DNA of 64,000 nucleotides from an uncultured Gammaproteobacteria bacterium (GTDB lineage Bacteria; Pseudomonadota; Gammaproteobacteria; CAWJPQ01): the NCBI GenBank assembly GCA_963844825.1, contig CAWJPQ010000011.1, positions 215,869 through 279,868 of the forward strand. Direction: 5' to 3'. Both the position numbers and the translations under genes were made by a program. This document shows, one piece after another, positions 35,258 to 46,384 of this stretch. The notes under the pieces are model-generated. The model did no database searches and was not told the DNA's origin. It saw only the letters and a program-made list of their open reading frames with translations. Every line of letters begins with the position of its first letter. Positions within the stretch are counted from its first letter, which is position 1.

Positions 35258-35887
35258 CTATTGGCCCTGCATCTCCTGCTCGCTCTTGGTAAGACTGGCC
35301 TGAAACGACTCGCGGGCGAACATCCGGTCGGCGTACTTGAGAATGGGCTTGGCCTGGGCGGGCAACTCGATACCGAAGGCGGGCAACCGCCACAGTAATG
35401 CGGCCAGGCAGCAGTCCGTCAGGGTGATCTCGTCACTCATGAAATAGGGCTTTTTGGCGAACAGTGAGGAGATGGAGGTCATCCCGTCGCGAATCACCTT
35501 GCGCGCCCGCGCGGCGCGCTTGTCATCGCCCGAGGTAATGTCGTCGATGGCGCTGAACCAGTCCCGATCGATACGGTAAAGCATGAGCCGCGTCCTCGCC
35601 CTCGAAACAGGGTCGACGGGCATCAGCGGCGGATGGGGGTAACGCTCGTCCAGGTACTCCATGATGATCTGATCGTTGTACAGCACCAAATCCCTGTCCA
35701 CGAGCACGGGGATGGTGTTGTAGGGATTCAGATCGATCAGGTCTTCCGGCAAATGATCCAGGTCCACATAGACCACATCGACTGCGATATTCTTTTCCGC
35801 CAACGCCATCCTGGTGCGGTGGCTATAGAGGCAATCCATCCCGGAGTACAGCGTCATTACGGGCCGTCTCGCAGCGCTTTGGGCCAT
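35258..35887 (-). CDS. sspA: stringent starvation protein A (GST-fold RNAP-associated protein)
   Basis: 209 aa: MAQSAARRPVMTLYSG...YSHRTRMALAEK... Directly upstream of sspB. Confidence 0.9.
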   Translation of the reverse strand: MAQSAARRPVMTLYSGMDCLYSHRTRMALAEKNIAVDVVYVDLDHLPEDLIDLNPYNTIPVLVDRDLVLYNDQIIMEYLDERYPHPPLMPVDPVSRARTRLMLYRIDRDWFSAIDDITSGDDKRAARARKVIRDGMTSISSLFAKKPYFMSDEITLTDCCLAALLWRLPAFGIELPAQAKPILKYADRMFARESFQASLTKSEQEMQGQ

Positions 35888-36171
35888 TAAAACATTTTCC
35901 TCACTAGAGTGGAGCTACAAACCATGCGCATCTCAATGCCCCCGCAGGCGATCAAGGGTAAGCACCCACGGCCGCCGCCGGATCACATGGGAATGGCGCG
36001 TCGGAACCTTCGCGATAACCGGTGGTGGCGAGTGCGGCCCAACCTCCCCATGTCGAACATTATAGACCAACCGCAGGAAAAGTGGCGCAAGACGCCACAA
36101 AAACAAAATCCTGGGCCGCATTCGTCGCCGATATCCGCCGCAACGGCGTCGAACTGACGCCGTTGCGGGGC

Positions 36172-36972
36172 TTAGAAGCCGCGCGCCTCACGTATACGGT
36201 CGTACGCGCCCCGGATCTCATGGGTCTTTTCCGTGGCCATCTTCATCATCTCCTCGGGCAGCCCCTTGGCGACCAGCTTGTCCGGGTGATGGCGGTTCAT
36301 CAGGCGGCGATAGGCCTTCTTGACGTCGTCGTTGGATGCCTTGTCAGAAACCCCCAACACCGCGTAGGCCTCCTTGAGGGAGTACTGCTCCTTGACCGCG
36401 CCCCGGCGACCGCCGCCCGCCGAACGAGCCTGGGAGCGCACCAAGGCCTCGAGCTGGGCGAATTCGAACCGCGATATGCCAAGGACCTCGCACACGTGCA
36501 GCAGCAGACGCTTTTCGTTGTCATGCATGACGCCGTCGGCATAGGCGGCATTGATCTGTATCTCGACGAACATGCGCATGAGGTTGTGGCGGCGGCGGCA
36601 CTCGCGCCGAAACTGCTCCAGCACATCGTCAATGGGAAAGTCGCTTTGTTTGCCTTCATTGAAGAGGTGCATGGCGGCCTTCCTGTGCTCCGCCGTGAGG
36701 TCCATCCGATCCATCACCGCCTTGGCCAGCTCGATCTCGTTCTCCGACACCCGCCCGTCCACCTTGGCCAGGTGCCCCATGACGGAGAACGTCGCGGTGA
36801 AAAACGCCGTCTGGATACGTTCGTGGTCGGCGCCTGCAAACCCCTGCTCGATGCCCAGTCGGTCGACGCCCCTGTCGAATTTGTGCCCCAGGGCCGCCCC
36901 CAGCAAGGCCCCCAGGGGACCGCCCAACATGAAGCCGAAGGTGCCGCCGAGCAACTTACCCCACCAATTCAC
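36172..36972 (-). CDS. djlA: co-chaperone DjlA (TerB-like N-domain + C-terminal J domain)
   Basis: N-terminal TM MNWWGKLLGGTFGFMLGGPLGALLGAALG and a C-terminal J domain with HPD (YRRLMNRHHPDKL). Confidence 0.85.
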   Translation of the reverse strand: MNWWGKLLGGTFGFMLGGPLGALLGAALGHKFDRGVDRLGIEQGFAGADHERIQTAFFTATFSVMGHLAKVDGRVSENEIELAKAVMDRMDLTAEHRKAAMHLFNEGKQSDFPIDDVLEQFRRECRRRHNLMRMFVEIQINAAYADGVMHDNEKRLLLHVCEVLGISRFEFAQLEALVRSQARSAGGGRRGAVKEQYSLKEAYAVLGVSDKASNDDVKKAYRRLMNRHHPDKLVAKGLPEEMMKMATEKTHEIRGAYDRIREARGF

Positions 36973-37059
36973 AGTCTCCCCCTCCCGGCCGGCGCCCGGC
37001 CGCGCGCAGTCATTGTCATTAATCTAATCGAAGTCACAGTGAATCCGCCGGGCAGGCCC

Positions 37060-37146
37060 TTACCGCCCCGGCTTGATGACCCAGAACCACACCACAATCA
37101 ATACGATCAGCGCCACACCGGCGATATTGACGATCAGTGTCGACAT
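37060..37146 (-). CDS. possible 28-aa hydrophobic small membrane peptide downstream of copA
   Basis: ATG 37146 to TAA 37060 gives MSTLIVNIAGVALIVLIVVWFWVIKPGR, a single TM helix, 69 nt after the copA stop. Weak SD. Confidence 0.3.
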   Translation of the reverse strand: MSTLIVNIAGVALIVLIVVWFWVIKPGR

Positions 37147-37214
37147 TGAAACTCTATCGGGCTGGAGCCGGGCGGGGCCGCCTCACGGGCAGACCGTTTC
37201 CGCCGCGCGGCGGC

Positions 37215-39443
37215 CTAACGGGACGGTGTAAAAAAACGCAAACGGTTCGCATTGGTCACCACTGTCACGGAAGACATGGCCATGGCCGCCCCCGCGATGA
37301 TGGGGTTGAGCAGCAGACCGAACAACGGATAGATCACCCCGGCCGCAACCGGGATCCCCAGTGCATTATATACGAAGGCGCCGGCCAGGTTCTGCTTGAT
37401 GTTGCGCAGCGTGGCGCGCGAGATCTCCATGGCGTCGGCCACGCCGTGCAGGGACCCCCTCATCAGGGTCACGTCGGCGCTCTCGATCGCCACGTCCGTG
37501 CCGCTGCCGATGGCAAAGCCCACGTGGGCCCGGGCCAGGGCGGGGGCGTCGTTGATCCCGTCGCCGACCATGCACACCACCTCGCCCCTGCCCTGCAGCT
37601 CCGCCACCTTGTCCGCCTTGTGCTGAGGCAGCACCTCCGCCATGACCTCGTCGATACCCACCTGCCGGGCGATGGCCCGGGCGGTCGCGGCCTGATCGCC
37701 GGTCACCATGACCACCTTCAACCCCATCCTGTGCAGGCGTGCGATGGCGCCCCCGGAGTCGCTTTTTACCGGATCGGACACGGCGACCAGACCGGCGGGG
37801 CGCCCGCCGCAGGCCACGTACATCACGGTGTGCCCCTGTTCGGCCAGCGCCGCGGCCCGTCCCGTGAGCGATTCAATGGGGACTCCCTGCTCAGCCATGA
37901 AGAGGGCGTTGCCCAGCAGCACCGGATCCCCGTCCACCATGGCCCGCACCCCGCGCCCCGACGACGCGGTGAAGTCCGCGGCGCCGACCAGTTCCAGACC
38001 TTGGGACCGCGCCGCGCTGACCACCGTATCCGCCAAGGGGTGCTCGGAGCCCACCTCCACGCTCGCCGCCAGCTGCAGCACACGCTGTTCCTGCCAGCCC
38101 TCGGCGGGCACCACCGCCGTTACCACGGGATGACCCTGGGTGATGGTGCCCGTCTTGTCCAGGACCACGGTGGTGATCCGGCCCGCCTGCTGCAGCGCCT
38201 CGCCGTTGCGTATCAGGATGCCGTGCTCGGCGGCCTTGCCCACCCCCACCATGATCGAGATCGGCGTAGCCAGGCCCAGGGCGCAGGGGCAGGCGATGAT
38301 CAGCACGGTCATCAACGCCACCAACGCGAAACTGAGCCGCGGGTCCGGCCCCAGATCGAACCAGGCCAAAAAGGTGACCACGGCGATGATCAGGACTGTG
38401 GGCACGAACACGGCGGCGACCTTGTCCACGAGGCGCCCGATGGGCGGCTTGCTGGACTGGGCGCGGCGCACCATCTCCACGATCTGTGACAGGACGGTGT
38501 CCTTGCCGATGCGCCTGGTGCGGTACAGGAACGTGCCGCTGAGATTGATGGTCCCCCCGATCACCTCGACGCCGGGCCCCTTCTCCACGGGCATGGGCTC
38601 GCCGGACAGCATGGACTCGTCCACGGTCGAGGTGCCCTCGATGACCTCTCCGTCCAGGGCGATGCGCTCCCCGGGCCTGACGCGCAGCGTCTCATCCAGT
38701 CCGATCCCGGCGACCTCGACATCCGTCTCCCGGCCGTCGCGGATCACCCGCGCGGTCTTGGGCTGCAGGTTAAGCAGGCGCTTGAGGGCCTCCGAGGTCC
38801 TGCCCCGGGCACGCATCTCCAGGGCCGACCCGACGTTGATCAGCCCGATAATGATGACCGCCGCCTCGAAATAGGCGTGCTGCGCCAGGGTGGGCACGGC
38901 CCCGGGGAAGACGGCCACCACCATGGAGTACAGCCATGCCGTGCCCGTTCCCAGGGCGATGAGGGTGTCCATATTGGCATTGTGGTTCCATAAGGTTCGC
39001 CACGCGCCGCTGAAAAAATGACCGCCGGAATAGACCATGACGGCCAGGGTCACCAGGCCGGTAACGATCCAGAAGGTCTGGCCGCCCGCCGTGGTCATCG
39101 CCGGGGCCAGGCCCGAGAAGCCCTGCACCAGGAGCGCGCCACCCACCGCACAGGCCACCGCCGCCTGACGCAGCAGGTGCCGGTAGTGTGCGAGCTCGAG
39201 GGACGCCTTTTCCGATTCGCTCTCATCGCCGCGCAATTCCGAAGCGCCGTAGCCCGCCTTGGTAACGGCCTCTATCAGTTGCGGCGCTTCGGCCTGCCCC
39301 TGCACCAGGGCGGTATGCTCGGCAAAGTTGACCGAGGCCTGTTCCACCCCCGGCACGCGCTGCAGGGCCTTTTCGACGGTGGCCACGCACCCGGCGCAGC
39401 TCATCCCGGAAACGGCCAATCGAATCGCTTTGGACTCACTCAT
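37215..39443 (-). CDS. copA: copper-translocating P1B-type ATPase
   Basis: 742 aa. N-terminal HMA domain GMSCAGC, CPC motif, DKTGT, HP and GDGINDAP. Confidence 0.93.
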   Translation of the reverse strand: MSESKAIRLAVSGMSCAGCVATVEKALQRVPGVEQASVNFAEHTALVQGQAEAPQLIEAVTKAGYGASELRGDESESEKASLELAHYRHLLRQAAVACAVGGALLVQGFSGLAPAMTTAGGQTFWIVTGLVTLAVMVYSGGHFFSGAWRTLWNHNANMDTLIALGTGTAWLYSMVVAVFPGAVPTLAQHAYFEAAVIIIGLINVGSALEMRARGRTSEALKRLLNLQPKTARVIRDGRETDVEVAGIGLDETLRVRPGERIALDGEVIEGTSTVDESMLSGEPMPVEKGPGVEVIGGTINLSGTFLYRTRRIGKDTVLSQIVEMVRRAQSSKPPIGRLVDKVAAVFVPTVLIIAVVTFLAWFDLGPDPRLSFALVALMTVLIIACPCALGLATPISIMVGVGKAAEHGILIRNGEALQQAGRITTVVLDKTGTITQGHPVVTAVVPAEGWQEQRVLQLAASVEVGSEHPLADTVVSAARSQGLELVGAADFTASSGRGVRAMVDGDPVLLGNALFMAEQGVPIESLTGRAAALAEQGHTVMYVACGGRPAGLVAVSDPVKSDSGGAIARLHRMGLKVVMVTGDQAATARAIARQVGIDEVMAEVLPQHKADKVAELQGRGEVVCMVGDGINDAPALARAHVGFAIGSGTDVAIESADVTLMRGSLHGVADAMEISRATLRNIKQNLAGAFVYNALGIPVAAGVIYPLFGLLLNPIIAGAAMAMSSVTVVTNANRLRFFTPSR

Positions 39444-39602
39444 GGGTTCAGGTTACGAATTCACTATGCTATTGATCTAGGGTGGCGAAAAGCGCTTCGC
39501 GCCGTGTGACAGATTTGGCTTTCCAACTCATGGGAGCACTGATACCATCGGGAAGTTCATTGCCGTACGATGATAGAGGCTGGCGCTACCACATAAATTG
39601 AG

Positions 39603-39935
39603 TTGGGGACGGGCGTGAAGAATCTCAAAATCGCTGACCTGGAACCGGGGATGATGACCGCGGTCGACATCCTCACCCCCACCGGTCATGTCCTCCTGCC
39701 CGCGGGCTCAAAGCTGACATCGAGGCATATCCGGATGCTGAACGCACGCGGCGTCGACGATGTCGCCATCGCCTGCGCAAGCCGGGACCGGCAGCCCGCG
39801 CCGTCTCCCGGCCCCGCCGACATCGAGGAAATCCACCGGCGGATCACCCAGAGATTTCAGCACAACGATTCGAGCCACCCGTTCGTCAGCGAACTGATGC
39901 GCCTATGTGAGTCCCGTTTATTGAACCGAGAATAG
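39603..39935 (+). CDS. small DUF3391-like protein (stand-alone version of the N-terminal module of HD-GYP-type proteins); start TTG 39603 or GTG ~39615
   Basis: KNLKIADLEPGMMTAVDILTPTGHVLLPAGSKLTSRHIRMLNARGVDDVAI follows the DUF3391 pattern (I..L.PGM...D......LL.G..L......L...G...V.I). 6 nt upstream of the HDOD gene. Confidence 0.45.
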   Translation: MGTGVKNLKIADLEPGMMTAVDILTPTGHVLLPAGSKLTSRHIRMLNARGVDDVAIACASRDRQPAPSPGPADIEEIHRRITQRFQHNDSSHPFVSELMRLCESRLLNRE

Positions 39936-39941
39936 CCAAGT

Positions 39942-40820
39942 ATGGGCCTGACGGCAAGGGAGATCGTCGCAGGGACAGTGGAAGTCGCCTCGCTTCCCGA
40001 TGTGTTTCTGCGCGTCAACGAGATGGTCGAGAACCCCCGCTACTCGGCATCGGATATCGGCCGGCTCATCGACAAGGACCCGGGATTGACGGCCCGTCTG
40101 CTGAACATCGTCAACAGCCCCTTTTACGGGTTCCCGTCGAAGATCGACACGGTCTCGCGGGCCATCACCATCATCGGCGTGCGCGACCTGCGCGACCTGG
40201 TGCTCGCGACCACGGTGGCGAGGCTATTCAAGGGCGTGCCGAACGAGCTGGTCAGCATGGAAACCTTCTGGCGCCACAGCATCCTATGCGCCATCATCGC
40301 CCGCCTGCTGGCGGCCCGGCACCGGGAACTCAACATCGAACGCTTTTTCATCGCCGGCCTGCTGCACGACATCGGCAGCCTGCTGATCTACCGCAAGATA
40401 CCGGAACTCGCCCGGGAGACCCTGATGCGCGCCTCCCACAATGACGAAATCCTGGAGGAGGCGGAGATGCGGGTCATGGGCTTCACCCACGCGGACGTCG
40501 GCGCCGAACTGATGCGCAAGTGGCGCCTGCCCAAGAACATCGAGGCGGCGGTCGCACACCACCACCACCCCTCCCGGGCCCGGGACGGTGCCAAGGAAAC
40601 GGCCGCGGTGCACCTCGCCAACCTCACTGCAAGCGCGCTGTTCGACGACCGCGCCGACCCCATGGTCCTGTCACCCCTGGACCCCTCCGCCTGGGAGATG
40701 CTGGCGTTGTCGCCGGAGGATATCGAACCGACGCTGACGGAGGCCGAGCAACAGTTCGACGCCCTGTTCGCCCTGCTTTTCAATGAGCGCGGCGCCGGGG
40801 CCCGCGCGGACACCCTCTGA
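39942..40820 (+). CDS. HDOD domain-containing signalling protein
   Basis: 292 aa: ...LPDVFLRVNEMVENPRYSASDIGRLIDKDPGLTARLLNIVNSPFYGFPSKIDTVSRAITIIG...AGLLHDIGSLL... Typical HDOD. Confidence 0.85.
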   Translation: MGLTAREIVAGTVEVASLPDVFLRVNEMVENPRYSASDIGRLIDKDPGLTARLLNIVNSPFYGFPSKIDTVSRAITIIGVRDLRDLVLATTVARLFKGVPNELVSMETFWRHSILCAIIARLLAARHRELNIERFFIAGLLHDIGSLLIYRKIPELARETLMRASHNDEILEEAEMRVMGFTHADVGAELMRKWRLPKNIEAAVAHHHHPSRARDGAKETAAVHLANLTASALFDDRADPMVLSPLDPSAWEMLALSPEDIEPTLTEAEQQFDALFALLFNERGAGARADTL

Positions 40821-40870
40821 CCCCTTGAACACCCGGCCCGCCCGGCGTCGCCGGGCGGGCCGTCATACGC

Positions 40871-42252
40871 CTACTTGAGCAGCAGGAACAGGGCGCCGTT
40901 ACCCCGGCGCACGTTCAGCAACAGGCCGCCGCTCTTCTTGGCCGCCCGGCGCATGTCCGACAGGTCCTTGACCGGATGGCGGTTCACCGAGACGATGACG
41001 TCGTCCTTGCGCAGGCCCGCATCCCACGCCGGGCTGTCATGCTCGACATCGAGCACCTCGATGCCTTCCACTTGCCCGAACAGGGGGTGATCCGCGTCGA
41101 TCGCGCCGAGCTTCGCGCCGGACAGACGCTTATCGATGTCCCCCGCATCCATCTTCTGCGCCTGCGGCTCCCCGATGGCGGCCTTGACCTTGCGCTCCTT
41201 GCCGTTGCGGATGATCTTCAGGTTGATCTGCTGACCGACCCGCATCATGCCGATCTTGTTGCGCAGGTCCGCGGAGTTGGTGACCGGCTTGCCGTCGAGA
41301 GCCACGATCACGTCACCGACCTTCAGGCCGGCCTTGTCCGCCGCCGAGCCCTTGACCACCTGGGCGATCACGGCACCCTCCTGGATATTCTCGATATCAA
41401 AGGCCTTGGCCAGCTCCGGCGTGACATCCTGGATATAGACCCCCAGGTGGCCGCGATGCACCTCGCCGTACTTGCATCAGCTGGGTCATGATATTGCGGG
41501 CCATATTGATGGGGATCGCGAAACCGATGCCCACATTGCCGCCGCTGGGCCCGATGATGGCGGTATTGATGCCCACGAGCTTGACCGCCGAGGATCACCA
41601 GGGCGCCGCCGGAATTTCCCGGATTGATACTGGCGTCAGTCTGGATAAAGTCCTCATACCCCTCGATACCCAGGCCGGTGCGCCCCAGGGCGCTGACGAT
41701 GCCCGAGGTGACCGTCTGACCGAGGCCGAACGGGTTACCGATGGCCACGACGAAATCGCCGACGCGCAATTTGTCCGAATCCGCCATGGGCACGGCGGTC
41801 AGATGCTTGGCATCGATGTGAAGCACCGCGATGTCGCCCTCCGAATCGCTGCCCACTACCTTGGCCTTGAAGTGTCGGCCGTCGCGCAGGGTGACGGTGA
41901 TCTTATCCGCCTTCTTGATGACGTGATAGTTGGTGAGCACGTAACCCTTTTCGGCGTCCACGATCACCCCGGAGCCCAGGCTGCGCTCGACGCGCTCGCG
42001 GGGCTGGTTGGGGACGTCGAAAAAACGCCGGAAGAACGGGTCGTTGAACAGCGGGTTTTCCCGCACCTGGATATGCGTCCGGGAGGAGATATTGACCACC
42101 CCCGGCACCACCTTGCTCACCATCGGGGCCAGGGACGGCAGCGACTCGTTGCCGACCTTGGGCGGCAGCGCGCCGCCCTGGGCCGCCGGCATTGCGAGCA
42201 TCAACACCCCGACGGCGGGGACTATCAGGCGCCAAAGTGATCTTGTGGACAT
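40871..42252 (-). CDS. degP: periplasmic serine endoprotease DegP/MucD (HtrA family, two PDZ domains), interrupted by two indels near 41460-41600
   Basis: ORF 41368..42252 (signal peptide, catalytic triad region, GNSGGAL) and ORF 40871..41461 (PDZ1-PDZ2) are in different frames. The correct continuation ...[23 protein letters not shown]... is visible in a third frame. Confidence 0.85.
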
Positions 42253-42688
42253 GCAACTTTTCTCCTAGGTTTCATCAGTACGGGGAGCACCCGGGCCGCA
42301 TCCGTCATCTACCGCCGCCCCCGCCCTCGCGACGGGCGGGGGGCAAGGCCGCGGCCGGGGTGCCCGATAAGCTCATTACGTATTTTGTTGCTTGACGGCC
42401 GAATAGCCGATTTCTTGTGCACAAACTCCAACCATACCAGATTGGGTGCCACTTGACATGTGAGCCATAGCGATTAATATTTGAGCGCGCCCATAATAAG
42501 GAATGCATGACCCGGTACGCGCCAGTCCGACGCGGCGCAGGCGCCTACCCCTTTAGCTACGGCGTGCAGTACCGTCGCACCCGGCAGTCATTGAACTTAA
42601 TTCCACAAACGGGGACTAAGCTGCAGTACAGCGTACTTGCGCGATAATGCCAAATAATCAGCGGGGGGAGAACAAGAGTCGCGTGACC

Positions 42689-43647
42689 ATGCAGTACCTG
42701 GTAGAGCTTAAGCGCCTGCGCAAGAGTTTCGGTCAACTCATCGCCGTCGATGACGTCTCCTTTTCAGTGAGCCGCGGCGAAGTGCTGGGCTTTCTGGGAC
42801 CCAACGGGGCGGGCAAATCCACCACCATGAAGATCATCACCGGCTTCCTGACACCGGACGCCGGCGAGGTAAGGATTTGCGGCAATGACCTCACCCGTCA
42901 CCCCTGGCGGTCAAGCGCAGCATCGGCTACCTCCCGGAAGGGGCGCCCGGCCTACCCGGACATGACGCCCGCGCGTTTCCTCGAATTTCATCGCTCAAAT
43001 CCGCGGTCTGCACGGCGAGACAAAAGGCCGCACGCATCGCCGACACCGTCGAGAAGGTCAACCTGGAGCAGCGTGCTCCACCAACCGATCGAGACCCTGT
43101 CCAAGGGCTTCAAGCGGCGCGTCGGCCTGGCCCAGGCGATCCTCCACGACCCGCCAGTACTGATCCTCGACGAGCCCACCGACGGCCTGGACCCCAACCA
43201 GAAAGCACGAGGTGCGCACACTGATCAAGGCGATGGCCATCGGAGAAGGCCATCATCCTGTCCTCCCACCTGCTGGAGGAGGTGGACGCCGTCTGTACCC
43301 GGGCCATCATCATCGCCGGCGGGAAGGTGGTCGCCGACGGAACGCCCCACGAGCTCGAGGCCCTGTCCCAGTACCACAACGCGGTCACCCTGGCGGTACA
43401 CGACGCCCCGGCCGACATCGAGGCGCTGCTGCGTCAAGTGCCGGGGGTAGAGTCCGTCAAACTGCTTCACAAGGACGGCAAGACCCAGATGCTGCGCATC
43501 TTCCCCAAGTCCCCGGAGCCGATCGTCGCGGCGATCAGCCGGGCGGCCAGCGAGCATCAGTGGCGGGTGGAGGAACTTTTCTCGGAACGCGGCCGCCTGG
43601 ACGAGGTCTTCCGCACCATCACCACCAAGCACCAGGCAATCTCATAA
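42689..43647 (+). CDS. ABC transporter ATP-binding protein (GldA-like, ABC-2 system), interrupted by several indels between 42900 and 43300
   Basis: N-terminus [52 protein letters not shown]. Signature/Walker B (LILDEPTDGLDP) and C-terminal domain (ORF 43282..43647) are in other frames. Confidence 0.8.
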
Positions 43648-43665
43648 ACAGCAAAGACGGGTGAC

Positions 43666-44400
43666 ATGGGTAACATCTGGGTGATATTCAAACGCGAGCT
43701 GTTCGGCTACTTCGCCACGCCCATCGCGTACGTCTTCATTGTCATATTCCTGTTCCTGAGCGGCATTTTCACCTTTTACCTGGGTAATTTCTTCGAGCGC
43801 GGCCAGGCGGACCTGCTGCCGTTCTTTTCCTTCCACCCGTGGTTGTACCTGTTCCTCATCCCGGCGCTTGCCATGCGCCTGTGGGCAGAGGAACGCAAGA
43901 GCGGGACCATCGAGCTGCTCCTGACCCTGCCGGTGACCATGGCCCAGGCCGTGCTCGGCAAGTTCCTCGCCGCCTGGGCGTTCACCGGTATCGCCCTGGC
44001 GCTGACGTTTCCCATGTGGATCACGGTCAATTACCTGGGCAACCCCGACAACGGGGTCATCCTCGCCAGCTACATCGGCAGCCTGCTGATGGCCGGGGCA
44101 TTCCTGGCCATCGGTTCGTGCATCTCGGCGATCACCAAGAACCAGGTCATCGCCTTTGTCATCACGGTCGTCGTGTGCCTGGCCTTCATCCTCAGCGGAT
44201 ACCCCATGGTGATGGACTTCTTCACCGGGTGGGCGCCCCAGGTCATCGTCGACGCCGTCAGCTCCTTCGGTTTCATCACCCACTTCAACGCCATCACCAA
44301 GGGCGTAATCGACCTGCGCGACCTGGTCTACTTCATTTCCCTGATCGCCTTTTGGCTGTTCGCCAACGCGATCCTGATCGGGGTCAAAAAGGCCGACTGA
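43666..44400 (+). CDS. ABC-2 family transporter permease (GldF-like)
   Basis: 244 aa, 6 TM helices, adjacent to the ATPase. Confidence 0.85.
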   Translation: MGNIWVIFKRELFGYFATPIAYVFIVIFLFLSGIFTFYLGNFFERGQADLLPFFSFHPWLYLFLIPALAMRLWAEERKSGTIELLLTLPVTMAQAVLGKFLAAWAFTGIALALTFPMWITVNYLGNPDNGVILASYIGSLLMAGAFLAIGSCISAITKNQVIAFVITVVVCLAFILSGYPMVMDFFTGWAPQVIVDAVSSFGFITHFNAITKGVIDLRDLVYFISLIAFWLFANAILIGVKKAD

Positions 44401-44404
44401 TATC

Positions 44405-46339
44405 ATGATGAGACAGATGCTGCGCAAGAATCTCACATCCGGCACCGCGCTGCTGATCGCCGTGGCGCTGTTTTTCGCCGTCAATATCATCAGCAACCTG
44501 TCCCTGAAGTCCGTGCGCTTCGACCTGACGGCGAACAAGCTCTATACGCTGTCCCAGGGCACCCGCAACATCCTCGCCTCCCTTGAGGAGCCCGTGACCC
44601 TGCGCCTGTACCTGTCGCAGAAGCTGGTCTCGAACTTCCCCCAGATCAAGAGCTATTCAGTGCGCGTCAAAGAACTGCTCGAGGAGTACCAGCGCGACTC
44701 CAACGGCAAGATCCGGCTGCGCATCATCGACCCGGAGCCCTTCTCCGAAGAGGAAGACCGGGCCGTAGGCTATGGGCTCCAGGGTGTCCCCGTGGAAGGC
44801 GGCAGCGCCACGTTCTACTTCGGGCTGGTGGGCACCGGCTCCACCAACACCCAGCAGGTCATACCGTTTCTGCAGCCGGACCGCGGGCAGTTCCTGGAGT
44901 ATGACCTGACGAAGATGATTTACCGGCTGTCCCACCCCAAGCCCCCCGTGGTGGGGCTGCTGAGCACCCTGCCCATGAAGGGCGGGCCGGACAGCCCCAT
45001 GGCACCGCCGTCCGGATCGAAGCCGTGGGTCGTCTATCAACAGATGACGGACCTGTTCAAGGTGCGCGATTTGAAAAAGGACATCACCGCCATCCCCAAG
45101 GATGTCGACGTCCTCATGCTGGTTCACCCCAAAGGCCTGAGCAAGGCCACGCTGTATGCCATCGACCAATACGTCCTGCGGGGCGGGCGGGCGCTCATCT
45201 TCATGGACCCGGACGCCGAGGCGGATCAGGCCGGCGGGGCGTCGCCGTTTGCCTCGCAGCAGCCCCCGCAGCACTCGGACCTCGGCCCCCTGCTCAAGTC
45301 CTGGGGCGTCAGGATGGTTCCCGGGGTAGCCATCGGCGACACCAACGGGGCGAAAAAGATCCGCTTCGAAAAGGACGGCAGGACCCTCATCCGCGATTAC
45401 CCCATATGGTTCGGCGTCCCGCCTGAGCAGATGGACCAGAACGACATCGTCACGGCCAACCTGGACAAGCTCACCCTGGCCTCGGCGGGCGTGCTCGAAA
45501 AGATCAAGGGCGCGGGCACCAAGTTCACCCCGCTGTTCTGGTCCAGCGACCAATCCATGAAATACAAGGTCTCGCGCCTGACCGTGATCGACCCGGACAG
45601 CCTCATGGGCGATTTTCACCCCGAGGGCAGCTTCACCGTCGCCGCGCGCATCACCGGCGAAGTGAAGACCGCGTTCCCGGACGGGCCGCCGAAGGCCGAG
45701 GCGGACCACAAGGACAAGACCAAGGGCGACGCCGGCAAGCAGACCGCGCCGCCGCCCAAGCCGTTGGATAAGTCCGCCAAGCCGGTCAGCCTGATCATCG
45801 TGGCGGACACCGATATGCTTCAGGACCGCTTCTGGGTCCACGTACAGAACTTCATCGGGCGGCGCATCGTCATGCCCACCGCCAGCAACGGCGACTTCGC
45901 CATCAACGCCCTGGACAACCTCAGCGGCAGCAACGACCTGATCAGCGTGCGCAGCCGCGGCGACTTCTCCAGGCCCTTCGTAAAGATACGCAACCTGCAG
46001 CAGCAGGCCGAGCAGCATTTCCAGAAGAAGGAGCAGGAACTGCGCAACAGGCTGCAGCAGACCGAGCAGCAGCTGCAGGAACTGCAGAATCAACGAAAGG
46101 ACTCCAACGGGCTGCTCATGAACAAGCAGCAACAACAGGAGATCACCCGGTTCCGCGAGGAAAAGGTCAAGATCCGAAAGGAGCTGCGGGAGGTTCAACA
46201 TCACCTGCGTGAGGATATCGAAACCCTCGAAGGCTGGGTCAAATTCATCAACATCGGATTGATCCCGATATTGATCGGCATCGGCGGAGTCATCGCCGGA
46301 CTCTACCGGCTCAAGCGCAGAAACTCGAATGCCGGCTGA
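44405..46339 (+). CDS. GldG-like ABC transporter auxiliary component (ABC_transp_aux family), N- and C-terminal TM anchors
   Basis: 644 aa. N-terminal TM, large periplasmic domain, C-terminal coiled coil plus TM (GLIPILIGIGGVIAGLY). Confidence 0.8.
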   Translation: MMRQMLRKNLTSGTALLIAVALFFAVNIISNLSLKSVRFDLTANKLYTLSQGTRNILASLEEPVTLRLYLSQKLVSNFPQIKSYSVRVKELLEEYQRDSNGKIRLRIIDPEPFSEEEDRAVGYGLQGVPVEGGSATFYFGLVGTGSTNTQQVIPFLQPDRGQFLEYDLTKMIYRLSHPKPPVVGLLSTLPMKGGPDSPMAPPSGSKPWVVYQQMTDLFKVRDLKKDITAIPKDVDVLMLVHPKGLSKATLYAIDQYVLRGGRALIFMDPDAEADQAGGASPFASQQPPQHSDLGPLLKSWGVRMVPGVAIGDTNGAKKIRFEKDGRTLIRDYPIWFGVPPEQMDQNDIVTANLDKLTLASAGVLEKIKGAGTKFTPLFWSSDQSMKYKVSRLTVIDPDSLMGDFHPEGSFTVAARITGEVKTAFPDGPPKAEADHKDKTKGDAGKQTAPPPKPLDKSAKPVSLIIVADTDMLQDRFWVHVQNFIGRRIVMPTASNGDFAINALDNLSGSNDLISVRSRGDFSRPFVKIRNLQQQAEQHFQKKEQELRNRLQQTEQQLQELQNQRKDSNGLLMNKQQQQEITRFREEKVKIRKELREVQHHLREDIETLEGWVKFINIGLIPILIGIGGVIAGLYRLKRRNSNAG

Positions 46340-46384
46340 CCCGTCGATGAGCGCCCCTATGCCCAACGCTGGAGCACAGCTGAT

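Noticed and set aside
35909-36157. 82-aa ORF between sspA and djlA
   Set aside because: No SD and Pro/Arg-rich. Intergenic-looking. Rejected as coding.
39444-39602. CueR-type operator in the copA divergent promoter region
   Set aside because: No CCTTCC...GGAAGG-like inverted repeat was found between plausible -35 and -10 elements.
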